A DNA stretch of 64,000 nt, from positions 352,001 to 416,000 of the forward strand of contig CP166615.1 of NCBI GenBank assembly GCA_041937175.2, given 5' to 3'. The stretch's first letter is position 1. Each line of letters starts with the position of its first letter. The position numbers and the translations under genes were made by a program. Source of the stretch: Limnothrix sp. BL-A-16 (GTDB taxonomy: Bacteria; Cyanobacteriota; Cyanobacteriia; CACIAM-69d). The notes beneath the pieces are model-generated. The model saw nothing but the letters and a program-made list of their open reading frames with translations. It searched no databases and was not told where the DNA came from. Shown here piece after piece: positions 19,172 through 29,109 of this stretch.

Positions 19172-21217
19172 CTAGCCTTTGCCGGTTTGGGCCAAGACCC
19201 GATCGGCGAGTTTGTCGGGCACTTCCTGCAAGTGGTCATGCTGCCAAGAGAAGGTTCCCACGCCCAAGGTGAGCGATCGCAATTCCAAAATCAGGCTCTG
19301 CATTTCCGCATGGGGCAGATAGGCCTGCATGGTGTCCCAGCCGCTCCAGCCGTCCTTGGGCCCGTAGCCCATCAGTTGGCCCCGTCGCCCGGTCACTAAC
19401 TGCATGACCTTGGCGGTGAACTCACTGGGCATGGCAACTTCCACCAGGTCGATCGGCTCCAGCAGCACCGGTTGGGCCGCCGGAATGCCCGTTTTCATGG
19501 CCACGTGGGCCGCCATCTTGAAGGCTTGCTCGGAGCTGTCAACGGAGTGGTAGGAACCGTCGGTGAGGGTCACGGCCACATCAACGATCGGGAAACCCAG
19601 GGGCCCGCGATCGAGCGCTTCCCGCACCCCCGATTCCACACCGGGAATATATTGCTTGGGCACAACACCGCCCACAATCCTTTGTTGGAAGTCGTAGCCT
19701 GCGCCGCGTGGTTGGGGCTGAATGTCCAAATACACATCCCCAAACTGACCATGGCCGCCGGTTTGGTGCTTGTAGCGCCCATGGATCCGGGAAACGGGTT
19801 TGCGAATGGTTTCCTTGTAAGGCACTTGGGGCAGGTGGGGAGCCATGGGCAGGTTGTACTTGCGCCGCAGTCGATCGATGGCGATTTGCAGGTGAATCTC
19901 CCCTTGGCCCCAAAGGATGATTTCGTGGGTGTCGCCATGTTGTTCCCAGCGGACGGCGGGGTCTTCGTCCGTGAGCTTGGCCAGAGCGGCGGTGAGTTTC
20001 ACTTCGTCGCTGCGGTTTTCGGGGACGATCGCCCAAGCAAAAACCGGTGGCGGTAATTCCGCTTTGGGCAACTCATTCCGTCCGATCGCCCGATCGAGCG
20101 CCAGCACCTCTCCGGTGGCCACCCCGTCCAGCCGACCCAGGGCCACAATGTCGCCCACTTCGGCCCGGGTCAGGGATTTTTGTTGGCTGCCCATCAGGCG
20201 ATAGAGGCCACCAATGCGAACACCATTGAGGCTCATGCCATCTTCGATCGCGCCATTCCAGACCCGAGCGATCGATAGCTTGCCCCCTTGGCTGGCATAT
20301 ATGGTTTTCAGCACCTGCACGATCGGGCTGTCGGCATCGGGGGCGATCGCGTCTACCCCGCGCTCAGTGGCCGTCACCGTTGCGTCTGGGGCTTCCCGCA
20401 GCAAGGCATTCAACAGTGGCCGCACGCCCAGGTGCTGTTCCGCCATGCCCACAAACACCGGCACGATCTGATCGGCTCCCAACTCCAGCCTCAGATCCAC
20501 CAAAATTTCTTCTTCGCTGGGTTGAATATCCTCCAGCAATTTTTCCAGCAGCACATCGTCATGGTCGGCCAAGCTTTCCAGCATTTCATGGCGAGCTGCT
20601 TGCTCTTCATCCCGCAAATGTTCGGGCAGCGGCACGGGGTCATCGCCTTCCGCGTCAGGGTGGTAATGATAGGCCGTTTCGCTGACTAAATCGATGTAGC
20701 CGATCGGGCTGTTGCCTTGGCGAATCGGGTATTGGTGCAGCACGATCGGGCGGCTGGAAACGGGCCGCAACACCGACAAAATATCGGCAATGGGACTGGA
20801 TGCCCGATCCATCTTGTTAATGAACAACACATGGGGAATTTTCCAGGTGTCCAAAAACTGAAACAAAGGAGCCAACACAATGGCGCGATCGATCATGGGT
20901 TCGCAAACCACCACGGCCGCATCAACCCCCACCAAAGCGTTGTAGGTTTCTGCGGCCAATTCCACGGAACCGGGGCAATCAATCCAATTAAATTGCACAT
21001 CCTTATAAACGGCACTGGCCACATTTAGCTCCAGCCCCATGCCCCGATCGCGTGCTTCCGGGGAGCCGTCACCCACCGTATTGTTATCTTTAATGCTGCC
21101 CTTGCGCGTGGTTGCGCCCGACAAAAACAAAATACTTTCCAAAAGCGTCGTTTTGCCACTGGAGTAGGGACCCACAATGGCAATATTTCTGATGCGGGGG
21201 GTACGGTCACCTTTCAT
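19172..21217 (-). CDS. Elongation factor G paralog (EF-G2-like) with divergent GTPase motifs
   Basis: GPYSSGKTT, DCPGS, NKMD, GQGEIHL, YKETI, KHQTGGHGQFG, DGSYHSVDSS, LLEP; GGAGG RBS before ATG 21217. Confidence 0.92.
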   Translation of the reverse strand: MKGDRTPRIRNIAIVGPYSSGKTTLLESILFLSGATTRKGSIKDNNTVGDGSPEARDRGMGLELNVASAVYKDVQFNWIDCPGSVELAAETYNALVGVDAAVVVCEPMIDRAIVLAPLFQFLDTWKIPHVLFINKMDRASSPIADILSVLRPVSSRPIVLHQYPIRQGNSPIGYIDLVSETAYHYHPDAEGDDPVPLPEHLRDEEQAARHEMLESLADHDDVLLEKLLEDIQPSEEEILVDLRLELGADQIVPVFVGMAEQHLGVRPLLNALLREAPDATVTATERGVDAIAPDADSPIVQVLKTIYASQGGKLSIARVWNGAIEDGMSLNGVRIGGLYRLMGSQQKSLTRAEVGDIVALGRLDGVATGEVLALDRAIGRNELPKAELPPPVFAWAIVPENRSDEVKLTAALAKLTDEDPAVRWEQHGDTHEIILWGQGEIHLQIAIDRLRRKYNLPMAPHLPQVPYKETIRKPVSRIHGRYKHQTGGHGQFGDVYLDIQPQPRGAGYDFQQRIVGGVVPKQYIPGVESGVREALDRGPLGFPIVDVAVTLTDGSYHSVDSSEQAFKMAAHVAMKTGIPAAQPVLLEPIDLVEVAMPSEFTAKVMQLVTGRRGQLMGYGPKDGWSGWDTMQAYLPHAEMQSLILELRSLTLGVGTFSWQHDHLQEVPDKLADRVLAQTGKG

Positions 21218-21469
21218 GAAAACCTCCATGGGAATGAAAATTCCCAGTAAAAAACTGATGTCAGCTCAATGCAAACTGAAGTGATTGCAGGCTCAGAAAA
21301 TAGAACTAGGGAAAACGGGACTAGGGATGAAGTGCTGAGTTGATCAGTGTGGTGTCTGATCAATATCCAACTCAAAATCTTGCAAAATTTGATGAGAAAT
21401 CAGATCAAGACCAAGATCAAACTCATGCCTCAAAGATCCCCGATCCCCAATGAGCAAAAACAAGAGAAA

Positions 21470-21546
21470 AATGCTCGGCTAATGCTCGGCTAATACTCAG
21501 CCAATGTTCGTTGAATGCTCAGCAAATATTCAATGAACGCCGTAAT
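21470..21546. repeat. Degenerate 11-bp tandem array AATGCTCGGCT, 6-7 units
   Basis: aatgctcggct aatgctcggct aatactcagcc aatgttcgttg aatgctcagca aatattcaatg; a second 11-bp array ggttctgattt x3 lies at 21757-21789. Confidence 0.8.
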
Positions 21547-22076
21547 GGAGCGTTTCCAGGGGCGAGCGTCGTAGGCTCAGTGCTCAAAGCCACTGGATGA
21601 AATTTGCAAAGATGAAATTCGCAAAATTGAGTTGACTAGATTGAACAGATCAACTGAATGGATCAGAGGATTGGCGAGTAGAAATAGTCATGGTGCGATC
21701 GCCCGTTGACAGGGAAAAAAAGGAGCGATCGGGACGGTCTACAAGGAATCTAATTGGGTTCTGATTTGGTTCTGATTTGGCTCTGATTTGATTATGGGTG
21801 CTCGCAGAATTTTTTAGGTCAGTTACTCAATGGTTGTTTATAAATTCGCGCAGTTTAGCAACTGTTTTTGGTTTTTTGTTAGGGATTGTAAATAAAAATC
21901 AACTCGTATTTGAATCGCTGCCGATTCAAGCTAGGTCAATTCCTCTGGTTAAAAATTTACCGATCGATCGGGTGGCGCTTGGGGTTGGGATTTTGATCCA
22001 GCGATCGATCCGCCATCCGCGATCCTCAATTTTGATGACCCAGAAGCCAGCGAGCTTGGCCGCTGGCTCCCGAAAC

Positions 22077-23576
22077 CTATGACATGGCTGGGGTTTCCGG
22101 TTCATGGGACTTGGCTTGCAAAACCGCCAACGCCCATTGCCGGAATTGCAGATAGGTCATCAGTTCGATCGTGCCGGAGAGCAACATTTGCGAGTAGCGA
22201 TCTTCCAACTCCTGCAACCGCTGAACCGCCACCGACAGCGGCATATTCAGCAAGGCTTCGGAATCGTCCAGCAGGTTCACCGTTTCGCTGAGGGTTTGGC
22301 GGTCTTCCTGCTCAATCAGCGCCTGGCAACTTTGGAGATAGAGCTGAACGGGGCGATCGATCTCCTCGTAGGTTTCCGGCGACAGATTGCCATCGATGAA
22401 CATCAACCGATAGCGCTCGGCCAAATCTTGGGCCGCCGCCAGGGCTGCCTTGGTTTTGTTGCCATGAACTTCCTTAATTTCGGTCAAGGCTTGGCGACTG
22501 CTTTTCACCAACTGGCGCGATCGGCGCGATCGCAACCAAGTGACCAACAGCCCCGCCGCACTGCTCAAGCCCAAAACCAGCAAATATTCCTGAACAACCT
22601 GGTTTTCTTCAATGAAGCGTAGCCAGGCCGATCGGGGATCCCCTTTTTCATAGGTTTCTGTCGCGTCCGGAGCCATATAAACCCCACCCCGTTGCAACAG
22701 GCCAGCCGGATCACCATCGGCCAATTCTGGATAAAAGCTGGCATATTGACGCGCCGTGGCCAAAATTGACCAAGCCATTAAGCCCACTTGGTCGGCGGGG
22801 GCATCGCCTCGGGCCATCAAGCCAATGCCCGTGGACAAAACCGGCAAATCCTGGGACGGCTCGGGGCGCAGGGGGTCATAGGTTCCGGCGGGAATCACCG
22901 AAGAGCGATAGGACTCGGGGAAGCGCACCGCCAAGTGATTGGTAATGGAGGGGGGAATTTCCAGCAAACGCAGGGGCGGATCGCTGGTAATGGCATTTTG
23001 AATGATGCTGCTGGATCCCAAGGGGCCCACGTAGGCCACCATGTCCAGCTCTCCGGCCTTCAGTTTGGCCAGGCCTTCCTTCAGGGGAGGTGCGCTGGTG
23101 ATCACTCGCAAACCGCTGCGGGTCAAGATTTGGGTGGTGGTGAAGTTGGTGCCGCTGCCCTGAATCCCGATCGCCACTCGCTTGCCGTTGATGTCGGTCA
23201 GGGTTTTGAAGGGAGAGTCGGCCCGTACCAACAAATGCAGATATTCATGGCCCAAAATGGCGACGGTTTCCACCTGGCCGCTACGCAGCAGATCGCGGGA
23301 AACGTCTAGTTGGGCGAGGGCAAAATCAACCCGACCTTGCACCAGGCGATCGAGGTTATCGCGGGAACCATTGGAATTTTTGTCGTCGGTCAGCTTCAGG
23401 TTCACGATTCGATCGGTCGATCGCCCCAATTGCTCGCTAATGAGGTCATAGCCCACACCGGCCTTGCCCGCAGAAATCGAGACCGTGTTTTTGGACTGGC
23501 CGCAACCGCCAACCCCAATCACCCCCACAATTACCAGCGACACCAAGCCCCAGCCCCGTTGTTTGAGCTTCACCAT
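22077..23576 (-). CDS. TAXI-family TRAP solute-binding protein with C-terminal TM and helical tail
   Basis: GSRDNL..L..G.VDFALAQ.D, EYLHLLVR, GKRVAIG..GSGT, IPAGTY; later TM YLLVLGLSSAAGLLVTW. Confidence 0.85.
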   Translation of the reverse strand: MVKLKQRGWGLVSLVIVGVIGVGGCGQSKNTVSISAGKAGVGYDLISEQLGRSTDRIVNLKLTDDKNSNGSRDNLDRLVQGRVDFALAQLDVSRDLLRSGQVETVAILGHEYLHLLVRADSPFKTLTDINGKRVAIGIQGSGTNFTTTQILTRSGLRVITSAPPLKEGLAKLKAGELDMVAYVGPLGSSSIIQNAITSDPPLRLLEIPPSITNHLAVRFPESYRSSVIPAGTYDPLRPEPSQDLPVLSTGIGLMARGDAPADQVGLMAWSILATARQYASFYPELADGDPAGLLQRGGVYMAPDATETYEKGDPRSAWLRFIEENQVVQEYLLVLGLSSAAGLLVTWLRSRRSRQLVKSSRQALTEIKEVHGNKTKAALAAAQDLAERYRLMFIDGNLSPETYEEIDRPVQLYLQSCQALIEQEDRQTLSETVNLLDDSEALLNMPLSVAVQRLQELEDRYSQMLLSGTIELMTYLQFRQWALAVLQAKSHEPETPAMS

Positions 23577-23823
23577 CAAAAATCCCCCGGAAAATTCCCA
23601 AAATACTAAACCATGCATCCCAAAAATGCGTTTAACCCATGTATCTCAATAGTTCGATCTAAAAATATTCAATCAAAATACAAACAAAAAGCGGGGCCGT
23701 TCTGAGTTATGTCATGAATAGGATCACGACTTCAGATCAACAACCCCGTTGTTTGAATGTTGTTTTTTGGCTGTATCTAGAGAAATCAATCGTTGTTTGA
23801 ATTCAGCCAGTCCAGTTCAAGCG

Positions 23824-24702
23824 CTAAATTTCAGCATAGGCGCGATCGATCAGGCGCTTGGCAACCGTTTGGACACCCGTGTGATAGTAATAATTGGTGC
23901 TCATGTCCAAAAATGCACCAACATAATCCAGCTTGTCATCGGCAATGTCCACAAACCCTTGCAGGTGTTGCAAAACGATTTGGGGGTTGAGACTGTGATC
24001 GCTCACGAAGTTCCCCATCCAGCTCGAAACTGAGCTGAACGCTTGGCCAACAAATGCCACCTTGTCAGTGCCCGGAATCATCTTCTGGATGTTCCGAAAC
24101 GCCTCGTTTTCTTCCATGCTTGATTGGGTGGCGCTGCCGATCCAATCGCCGGCCGCTTTGATGAAGTTCGGGCCCAGGGGTACTAATCCATCCAAACAAA
24201 CAATGGCTGCCATCCGCATTTTGGACTCTCCGCCGTAGTCGGCTAAGGAACCCAAAAAGTCGCCAATGCTGTCGCCGGGAATGCCATTAATTTGGCAATA
24301 AGCCAGCAATTCCACCACAATTTTCATTCCCAAATCGATCGCTTGGGCCTTCTCGGGCTTGGGAGTCAAATTCTGCAAAAAGCCCAAAAACGAAATATCT
24401 TGCCCCACCTTGTTGGCCATGGCAGCCGTGCCCAAGGCGCTTGCGGCGGTGTCCACGGTTTGATAGAGCCAAACGGCGCGTTGATAGCCCTCGCCTTCGT
24501 CGTTATACAGCTCGATCGCCCGGTCTTTGATTTGGGAAATTAAACCCGGATCGTCTTCGCCCGTGACGGTTTTGATCGTGCGATCGAACCCAATCAAGTT
24601 ATCCCACTCGCCGGGAACCACAAAATCCAACGCATTCAGAACCGTGATGGTCATGCCGCTGGTGGGCAGTTCATCAACCAATTGCACAATGGATTTACCC
24701 AT
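23824..24702 (-). CDS. Conserved cyanobacterial hypothetical protein
   Basis: 292-aa clean ORF with GAGG RBS; N-terminus SIVQLVDELP and C-terminus TNYY.HTG.QTVA..LI.RA..EI look like a family I recall from cyanobacteria; no function. Confidence 0.8.
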   Translation of the reverse strand: MGKSIVQLVDELPTSGMTITVLNALDFVVPGEWDNLIGFDRTIKTVTGEDDPGLISQIKDRAIELYNDEGEGYQRAVWLYQTVDTAASALGTAAMANKVGQDISFLGFLQNLTPKPEKAQAIDLGMKIVVELLAYCQINGIPGDSIGDFLGSLADYGGESKMRMAAIVCLDGLVPLGPNFIKAAGDWIGSATQSSMEENEAFRNIQKMIPGTDKVAFVGQAFSSVSSWMGNFVSDHSLNPQIVLQHLQGFVDIADDKLDYVGAFLDMSTNYYYHTGVQTVAKRLIDRAYAEI

Positions 24703-24976
24703 GAATTTTGATCCTCACTAAGACACAGGGTTTCCAAACAAGAAACAGACAAAAAGCTCAACCGAAACTGGGCGAGGGCTAGGCGAAAGCTAATAGCGTG
24801 ACTGTTTTAGATCGTGGGGGCAACGTTTCGGAATCAGTCGTCATCACAAGGGACTCAAGCCCCTTGCTGCCTAACAATTAGGCAACGGTGATAGCTGTTT
24901 GACCTGACCGATCAAAATAAGCTTGCCATGCTACTTAGTTCAAACTAAGCGCCAATTCGGAAAATAGAAAAGCCAA

Positions 24977-25561
24977 CTACTTCAAGCGGGCCAAACCGGA
25001 GAGATTAAACTTCTCAATCCAGTCTTCCCGATCGCTGGGTTTGAGCGTCGTAGACTGCACTTTCACCTGATAGCGATCGCCCACCAAGACAGCCGTTTGG
25101 TTTTTGCCCACTTGAACGGCAGGATAGCCGTCAATGTCATCATCGCTGCTTTGGAATTTGCTCAGACCGCTTGCATTGTTCGCCAAGTCATTAATCGACA
25201 ACTTGGCCACTTCTTCACCCGACTTCTTCAGCTTGGCTTCCGCAAATCCTTTCTTTTCCTGTTGGAAAACCAGGCTGTAGCCATCGCTAGTTTTCGGGAA
25301 ATACTTATTCAGCTTGCCGCCCGCCACTGGCTTTTTATCAATGGGCGAGGGGCTGACACTGGGGCTGGGTTTGGGCGATCGACGATCGGAACCGCGATCG
25401 GTGGACTGATCAACAGAGCGATCGACCACGGTGGTTGGCGTGGGGTTGGGAGCCGGGCCGCGATCGCTGCGATCGTTGAGGGCCACACAACCGCCCACCA
25501 CCAGCAACAGGGTCAAAACAGCACCCGCCAGCCAACGGCCGGCCTTAGACGGCGCATTCAT
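24977..25561 (-). CDS. Hypothetical lipoprotein
   Basis: Lipobox VGGC, Pro/Ser linker, globular domain NKYFP..QEKKGFAEAKL..GYPAV..T.VLV.DRYQVKV. Confidence 0.8.
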   Translation of the reverse strand: MNAPSKAGRWLAGAVLTLLLVVGGCVALNDRSDRGPAPNPTPTTVVDRSVDQSTDRGSDRRSPKPSPSVSPSPIDKKPVAGGKLNKYFPKTSDGYSLVFQQEKKGFAEAKLKKSGEEVAKLSINDLANNASGLSKFQSSDDDIDGYPAVQVGKNQTAVLVGDRYQVKVQSTTLKPSDREDWIEKFNLSGLARLK

Positions 25562-26063
25562 GGGCAAATTTCCTTATCATGAGGGTTTGGTCACTTGTTT
25601 TCCAGTCTAGGCAGCGTTTTTCATCACCGAACAGATGTGCCCACCGCCCGAGAAGATGGGTTCACCACACTTGGCAGCGATCGGCGCAAGCAGGGGAACT
25701 GAATTCGGATCGAATTGGCCTCGGGATCCATCTAACTAGTCCAATTAGTCCAATTAATCCAATCGATTACATTCGATCAATCCAGTAAATGATTTAAGAA
25801 TTGGTTAATGCTCGATGGGGACTTGATGGGCGATCGACCCGATCGCTCCGGTGCGGAATGGTTGCTGGGAACAGCAAAACGGCAATCTTGAAGAATGATG
25901 GATTTTGCTCCATCGTCCCTGACCTTTTGGAAATTTCGGCGTTTTTTAAGGCTAAATTTAACCCGTTGCCTGGGACGAATTCGAGAAAACCTGATCAAAG
26001 CATTTTTAATGCATTTCAAGGTATTTCAAATCAATTTCTGATTGTCTTGAGGTTGGGCCCGTG

Positions 26064-27362
26064 ATGCGTGCGATCGATCCAAACGATCTGAATGATCCCA
26101 ATGATTTAAATGATTTATTAGATCCATCGATCGGTCAGTTAATTGATCGGTCGATCGGTCAGTTAGCTCGCCCGGCGGTGATGCCCGAGTCGATCGACCA
26201 ACTCACCCAAATTGTCGCGGCCTGTGCGGCCCAACGCCAACCGATCGTCCCCTTCGGCAGCGGCAGCAAGCTGGCCTGGGGCGATCGTCCCAAAGCTGCG
26301 GTGTTGCCCGTGGGCTTGGGTCGGCTCGATCGGCTGGTGATGCATGACGAAGCGGACTTGGTGGCCACCGTGGAAGCGGGGATGAAGCTGCGGGATTTGC
26401 AAGCGGCCTTGGCCCCGTCGGGTCAGTGGCTGCCGATCGATCCGGCCTTTGCCGACACGGCCACCCTGGGCGGGATTGTGGCCACGGCCGATACGGGTTC
26501 CCTGCGCCAACGCTACGGCGGCATTCGGGATTTATTGCTAGGGATTTCGATCGTCCGGTGGGATGGGCAAATTGCGAAAGCTGGCGGCCGCGTGGTCAAA
26601 AACGTGGCGGGCTATGACCTGATGAAGCTGTTCACCGGCTCCTTTGGCACGCTGGGCCTGCTGGCGACCTTGACCGTGCGGACGTACCCAATTCCGGAGC
26701 AGTGCCAAACCCTGTTGCTGTGGGGCGATCGCTCGGCTCTAGCCCAAGCGGCCCAAGGCTTACGGAATTCCACCCTCACCCCGATCGCTCTGGATTGGGT
26801 TTGGGGCAACCCGGCCCTGCCGGAGGCGGCGGTGGGCTTGGCCCTGCGGTTTGGCAGCGTCGCCCCCAGCGTGGCGGAACAAATGCGCCGCTCGATCGCC
26901 CTGGCCCAGGATTTGGGCTTGCAATCGATGGTGTTGAGCGAACCAGATGAAGCCGATTTTTGGCACCAGCTCCGCGCCGCCAGCACCCAGCCCACGAGCG
27001 ATCGCCCCATTACGCTCAAATTTGGCGCATTGCCCACGGCGGCCCCGGCCCTGCTCGATCGCCTGGCCAGCGGCCCGATCAGCCAAGGCCAAATCCATGC
27101 CAGCAGCGGCCTGGGTTGGGCCAGCCTCGGGGCGATCGAGGGCGATTGGCTGCGAACTTCCCGCTGGATTCGGCAATTGCGCACGGCCTGCGAAGCGGAA
27201 CAGGGATTTTTGACGTTGTTGCAAGTGCCCGCTGAACTGACCCATCAGTTTAAGCAATCCGATCGCTGGGGCGATCGCGGTTCGGGTCTGGCCCTAATGG
27301 GGAAAATAAAACAGCAGTTCGATCCGCACCAGCTCCTGAATCCCGGCCGCTTCTTGGTTTAG
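26064..27362 (+). CDS. glcE: FAD-binding oxidoreductase, glycolate oxidase GlcE-like
   Basis: VEAG, TLGG, RYG..RD, GGRVVKNVAGYDL.KL..GS.GTLG, K..FDP..LLNPGRF; adjacent to glcF-like gene. Confidence 0.8.
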   Translation: MRAIDPNDLNDPNDLNDLLDPSIGQLIDRSIGQLARPAVMPESIDQLTQIVAACAAQRQPIVPFGSGSKLAWGDRPKAAVLPVGLGRLDRLVMHDEADLVATVEAGMKLRDLQAALAPSGQWLPIDPAFADTATLGGIVATADTGSLRQRYGGIRDLLLGISIVRWDGQIAKAGGRVVKNVAGYDLMKLFTGSFGTLGLLATLTVRTYPIPEQCQTLLLWGDRSALAQAAQGLRNSTLTPIALDWVWGNPALPEAAVGLALRFGSVAPSVAEQMRRSIALAQDLGLQSMVLSEPDEADFWHQLRAASTQPTSDRPITLKFGALPTAAPALLDRLASGPISQGQIHASSGLGWASLGAIEGDWLRTSRWIRQLRTACEAEQGFLTLLQVPAELTHQFKQSDRWGDRGSGLALMGKIKQQFDPHQLLNPGRFLV

Positions 27363-27388
27363 CGCCACGAGAGCGACCCCTGCCCAGA

Positions 27389-27408
27389 CAAGGGGCTTAA
27401 GCCCCTTG
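27389..27408. repeat. Stand-alone copy of the 20-bp palindrome between glcE and glcF
   Basis: Perfect CAAGGGGCTTAAGCCCCTTG in an agac/cccc context; no TIRs recognisable. A degenerate copy is at 24847-24866. Confidence 0.8.
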
Positions 27409-27514
27409 CCCCCGACGATAGCGCCAGGGTTTTGGGAGGGGCGATCGAGCAGTCCCAGCCGATCGACAGTCGCCAGATCATTGCCATCGCCTATTGGTTT
27501 CAACCCACCGACCC

Positions 27515-28918
27515 ATGCAAACGAGCGATCGCCCGATTCCCGCCAAAGAGAGCAACTTTCTGGCCCAAAACCCCCATTTGGGTGAGTTGGCAGCCGGTCA
27601 GCGATCGGGCTTTGACCCCGACTCGCCGCCCGACCCGAAGCTGCTCGATTCCTGTGTCCATTGCGGGTTTTGTCTTTCGACCTGCCCCAGCTACCGCGTG
27701 TTGGGCAAGGAAACCGACTCGCCCCGCGGCCGCATCTATTTGATGGATGCGATCAACGAAGGAACCGCCGAACTTGATCGCACCACCGCCCAGCATTTCG
27801 ACACCTGCTTGGGTTGCCTGGCCTGCGTCACCACCTGCCCGTCCGGTGTGAAGTATGACCAACTGATCAGCGCCACCCGGCCCCAGGTGGAGCGCAACGT
27901 GCCCCGATCGCTGCCAGAGCAGGCCCTGCGAACGCTGATTTTTCAACTGTTTCCCTATCCCGATCGGCTGAAAGTGATGATGCCGTTCCTGTTGCTCTAC
28001 CAGCAATCGGGTTTGCAATCCCTGGTGCGATCGACCGGTCTGCTCAAAAAATGGCTGCCCAACTTGGCGGCCATGGAAGAAATTTTGCCGCGCCTGAGCT
28101 GGGACAACCTCAACAACGAATTTCCCGAAACCATTCCCGCCCAAGGAACCCAGCGCTATCGGGTGGGCGCAATTCTCGGTTGTGTGCAGCGCACCCTATT
28201 TAGCGGGGTGAACGCCGCCACCATGCGCGCCCTGACGGCCAACGGCTGCGAGGTGGTGATTCCGCCCAGTCAGGGTTGCTGCTCGGCCCTGCCATCGCAC
28301 CAGGGCCAAACCAACCAGGCCCAGGCGATCGCCCGCCAGATGATCGATGCCTTCGCCGATACGAATGTGGACTACATCATCATCAACGCCGCCGGTTGTG
28401 GGCACACGCTCAAGGAATACGGGCACATGCTGCACGACGACCCGGAATACCGCGATCGCGCCGTCGCCTTCGTTGAAAAAGTGCGCGACATCCACGAATT
28501 CTTTGCGGAAGTGGGCTGGATTGCGCCGCTCCAGCCGATCGCCCCGGAACCGGTGACGCTGGTTTATCACGACGCTTGCCACCTGTTACATGGCCAAAAA
28601 ATCAGCGCCCCACCGCGCGACCTGTTGCGGCAAATTCCGGGCGTGACCCTGCGCGAGCCGATCGATTCGCAACTCTGCTGTGGTAGCGCCGGGATCTACA
28701 ACCTGCTGCAACCGGAAATCGCCGATGAGCTGGGCGAGCTGAAGGTGCAAAACCTGACCAACACGGGAGCCGACGCGATCGCCTCACCGAATCCAGGTTG
28801 TTCGCTGCAAATCCAAAAACACCTGGGATTGCAGGGTAAAACTGTCCCTGTTTTGCACCCGATCGAACTACTCGATCGATCCATGCGGGGCGAAGCATTA
28901 CCGAGGGGCGATCGCTAG
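27515..28918 (+). CDS. glcF: Glycolate oxidase iron-sulfur subunit GlcF-like
   Basis: CVHCGFCLSTCP and CLGCLACVTTCP 4Fe-4S motifs, two CCG domains (QGCC, YHDACHL, CCGSAGIY, NPGC). Confidence 0.87.
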   Translation: MQTSDRPIPAKESNFLAQNPHLGELAAGQRSGFDPDSPPDPKLLDSCVHCGFCLSTCPSYRVLGKETDSPRGRIYLMDAINEGTAELDRTTAQHFDTCLGCLACVTTCPSGVKYDQLISATRPQVERNVPRSLPEQALRTLIFQLFPYPDRLKVMMPFLLLYQQSGLQSLVRSTGLLKKWLPNLAAMEEILPRLSWDNLNNEFPETIPAQGTQRYRVGAILGCVQRTLFSGVNAATMRALTANGCEVVIPPSQGCCSALPSHQGQTNQAQAIARQMIDAFADTNVDYIIINAAGCGHTLKEYGHMLHDDPEYRDRAVAFVEKVRDIHEFFAEVGWIAPLQPIAPEPVTLVYHDACHLLHGQKISAPPRDLLRQIPGVTLREPIDSQLCCGSAGIYNLLQPEIADELGELKVQNLTNTGADAIASPNPGCSLQIQKHLGLQGKTVPVLHPIELLDRSMRGEALPRGDR

Positions 28919-28929
28919 ACTGGTTCTAG

Positions 28930-29073
28930 GGGCTGTCGTCAAAATCCCCTGAAACCCTGATTTTGCCGTTAGCGGATCGTGAGGGACAAGGGGCTTAAGC
29001 CCCTTGTCTGGGGCGCTTGATCCAGGAAGATCAACCATTTCGGCCTCAATCAATCGCATCTGATGACGCGCCC
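28930..29073. mobile_element. MITE family B copy (144 bp)
   Basis: Ends GGGCTGTCGTCAAA...TGATGACGCGCCC, flanks TAG/TAA, palindrome 28987-29006. Confidence 0.78.
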
Positions 29074-29109
29074 TAACCCTATCCAACCATTCAGTATGTC
29101 GGCACGGCC

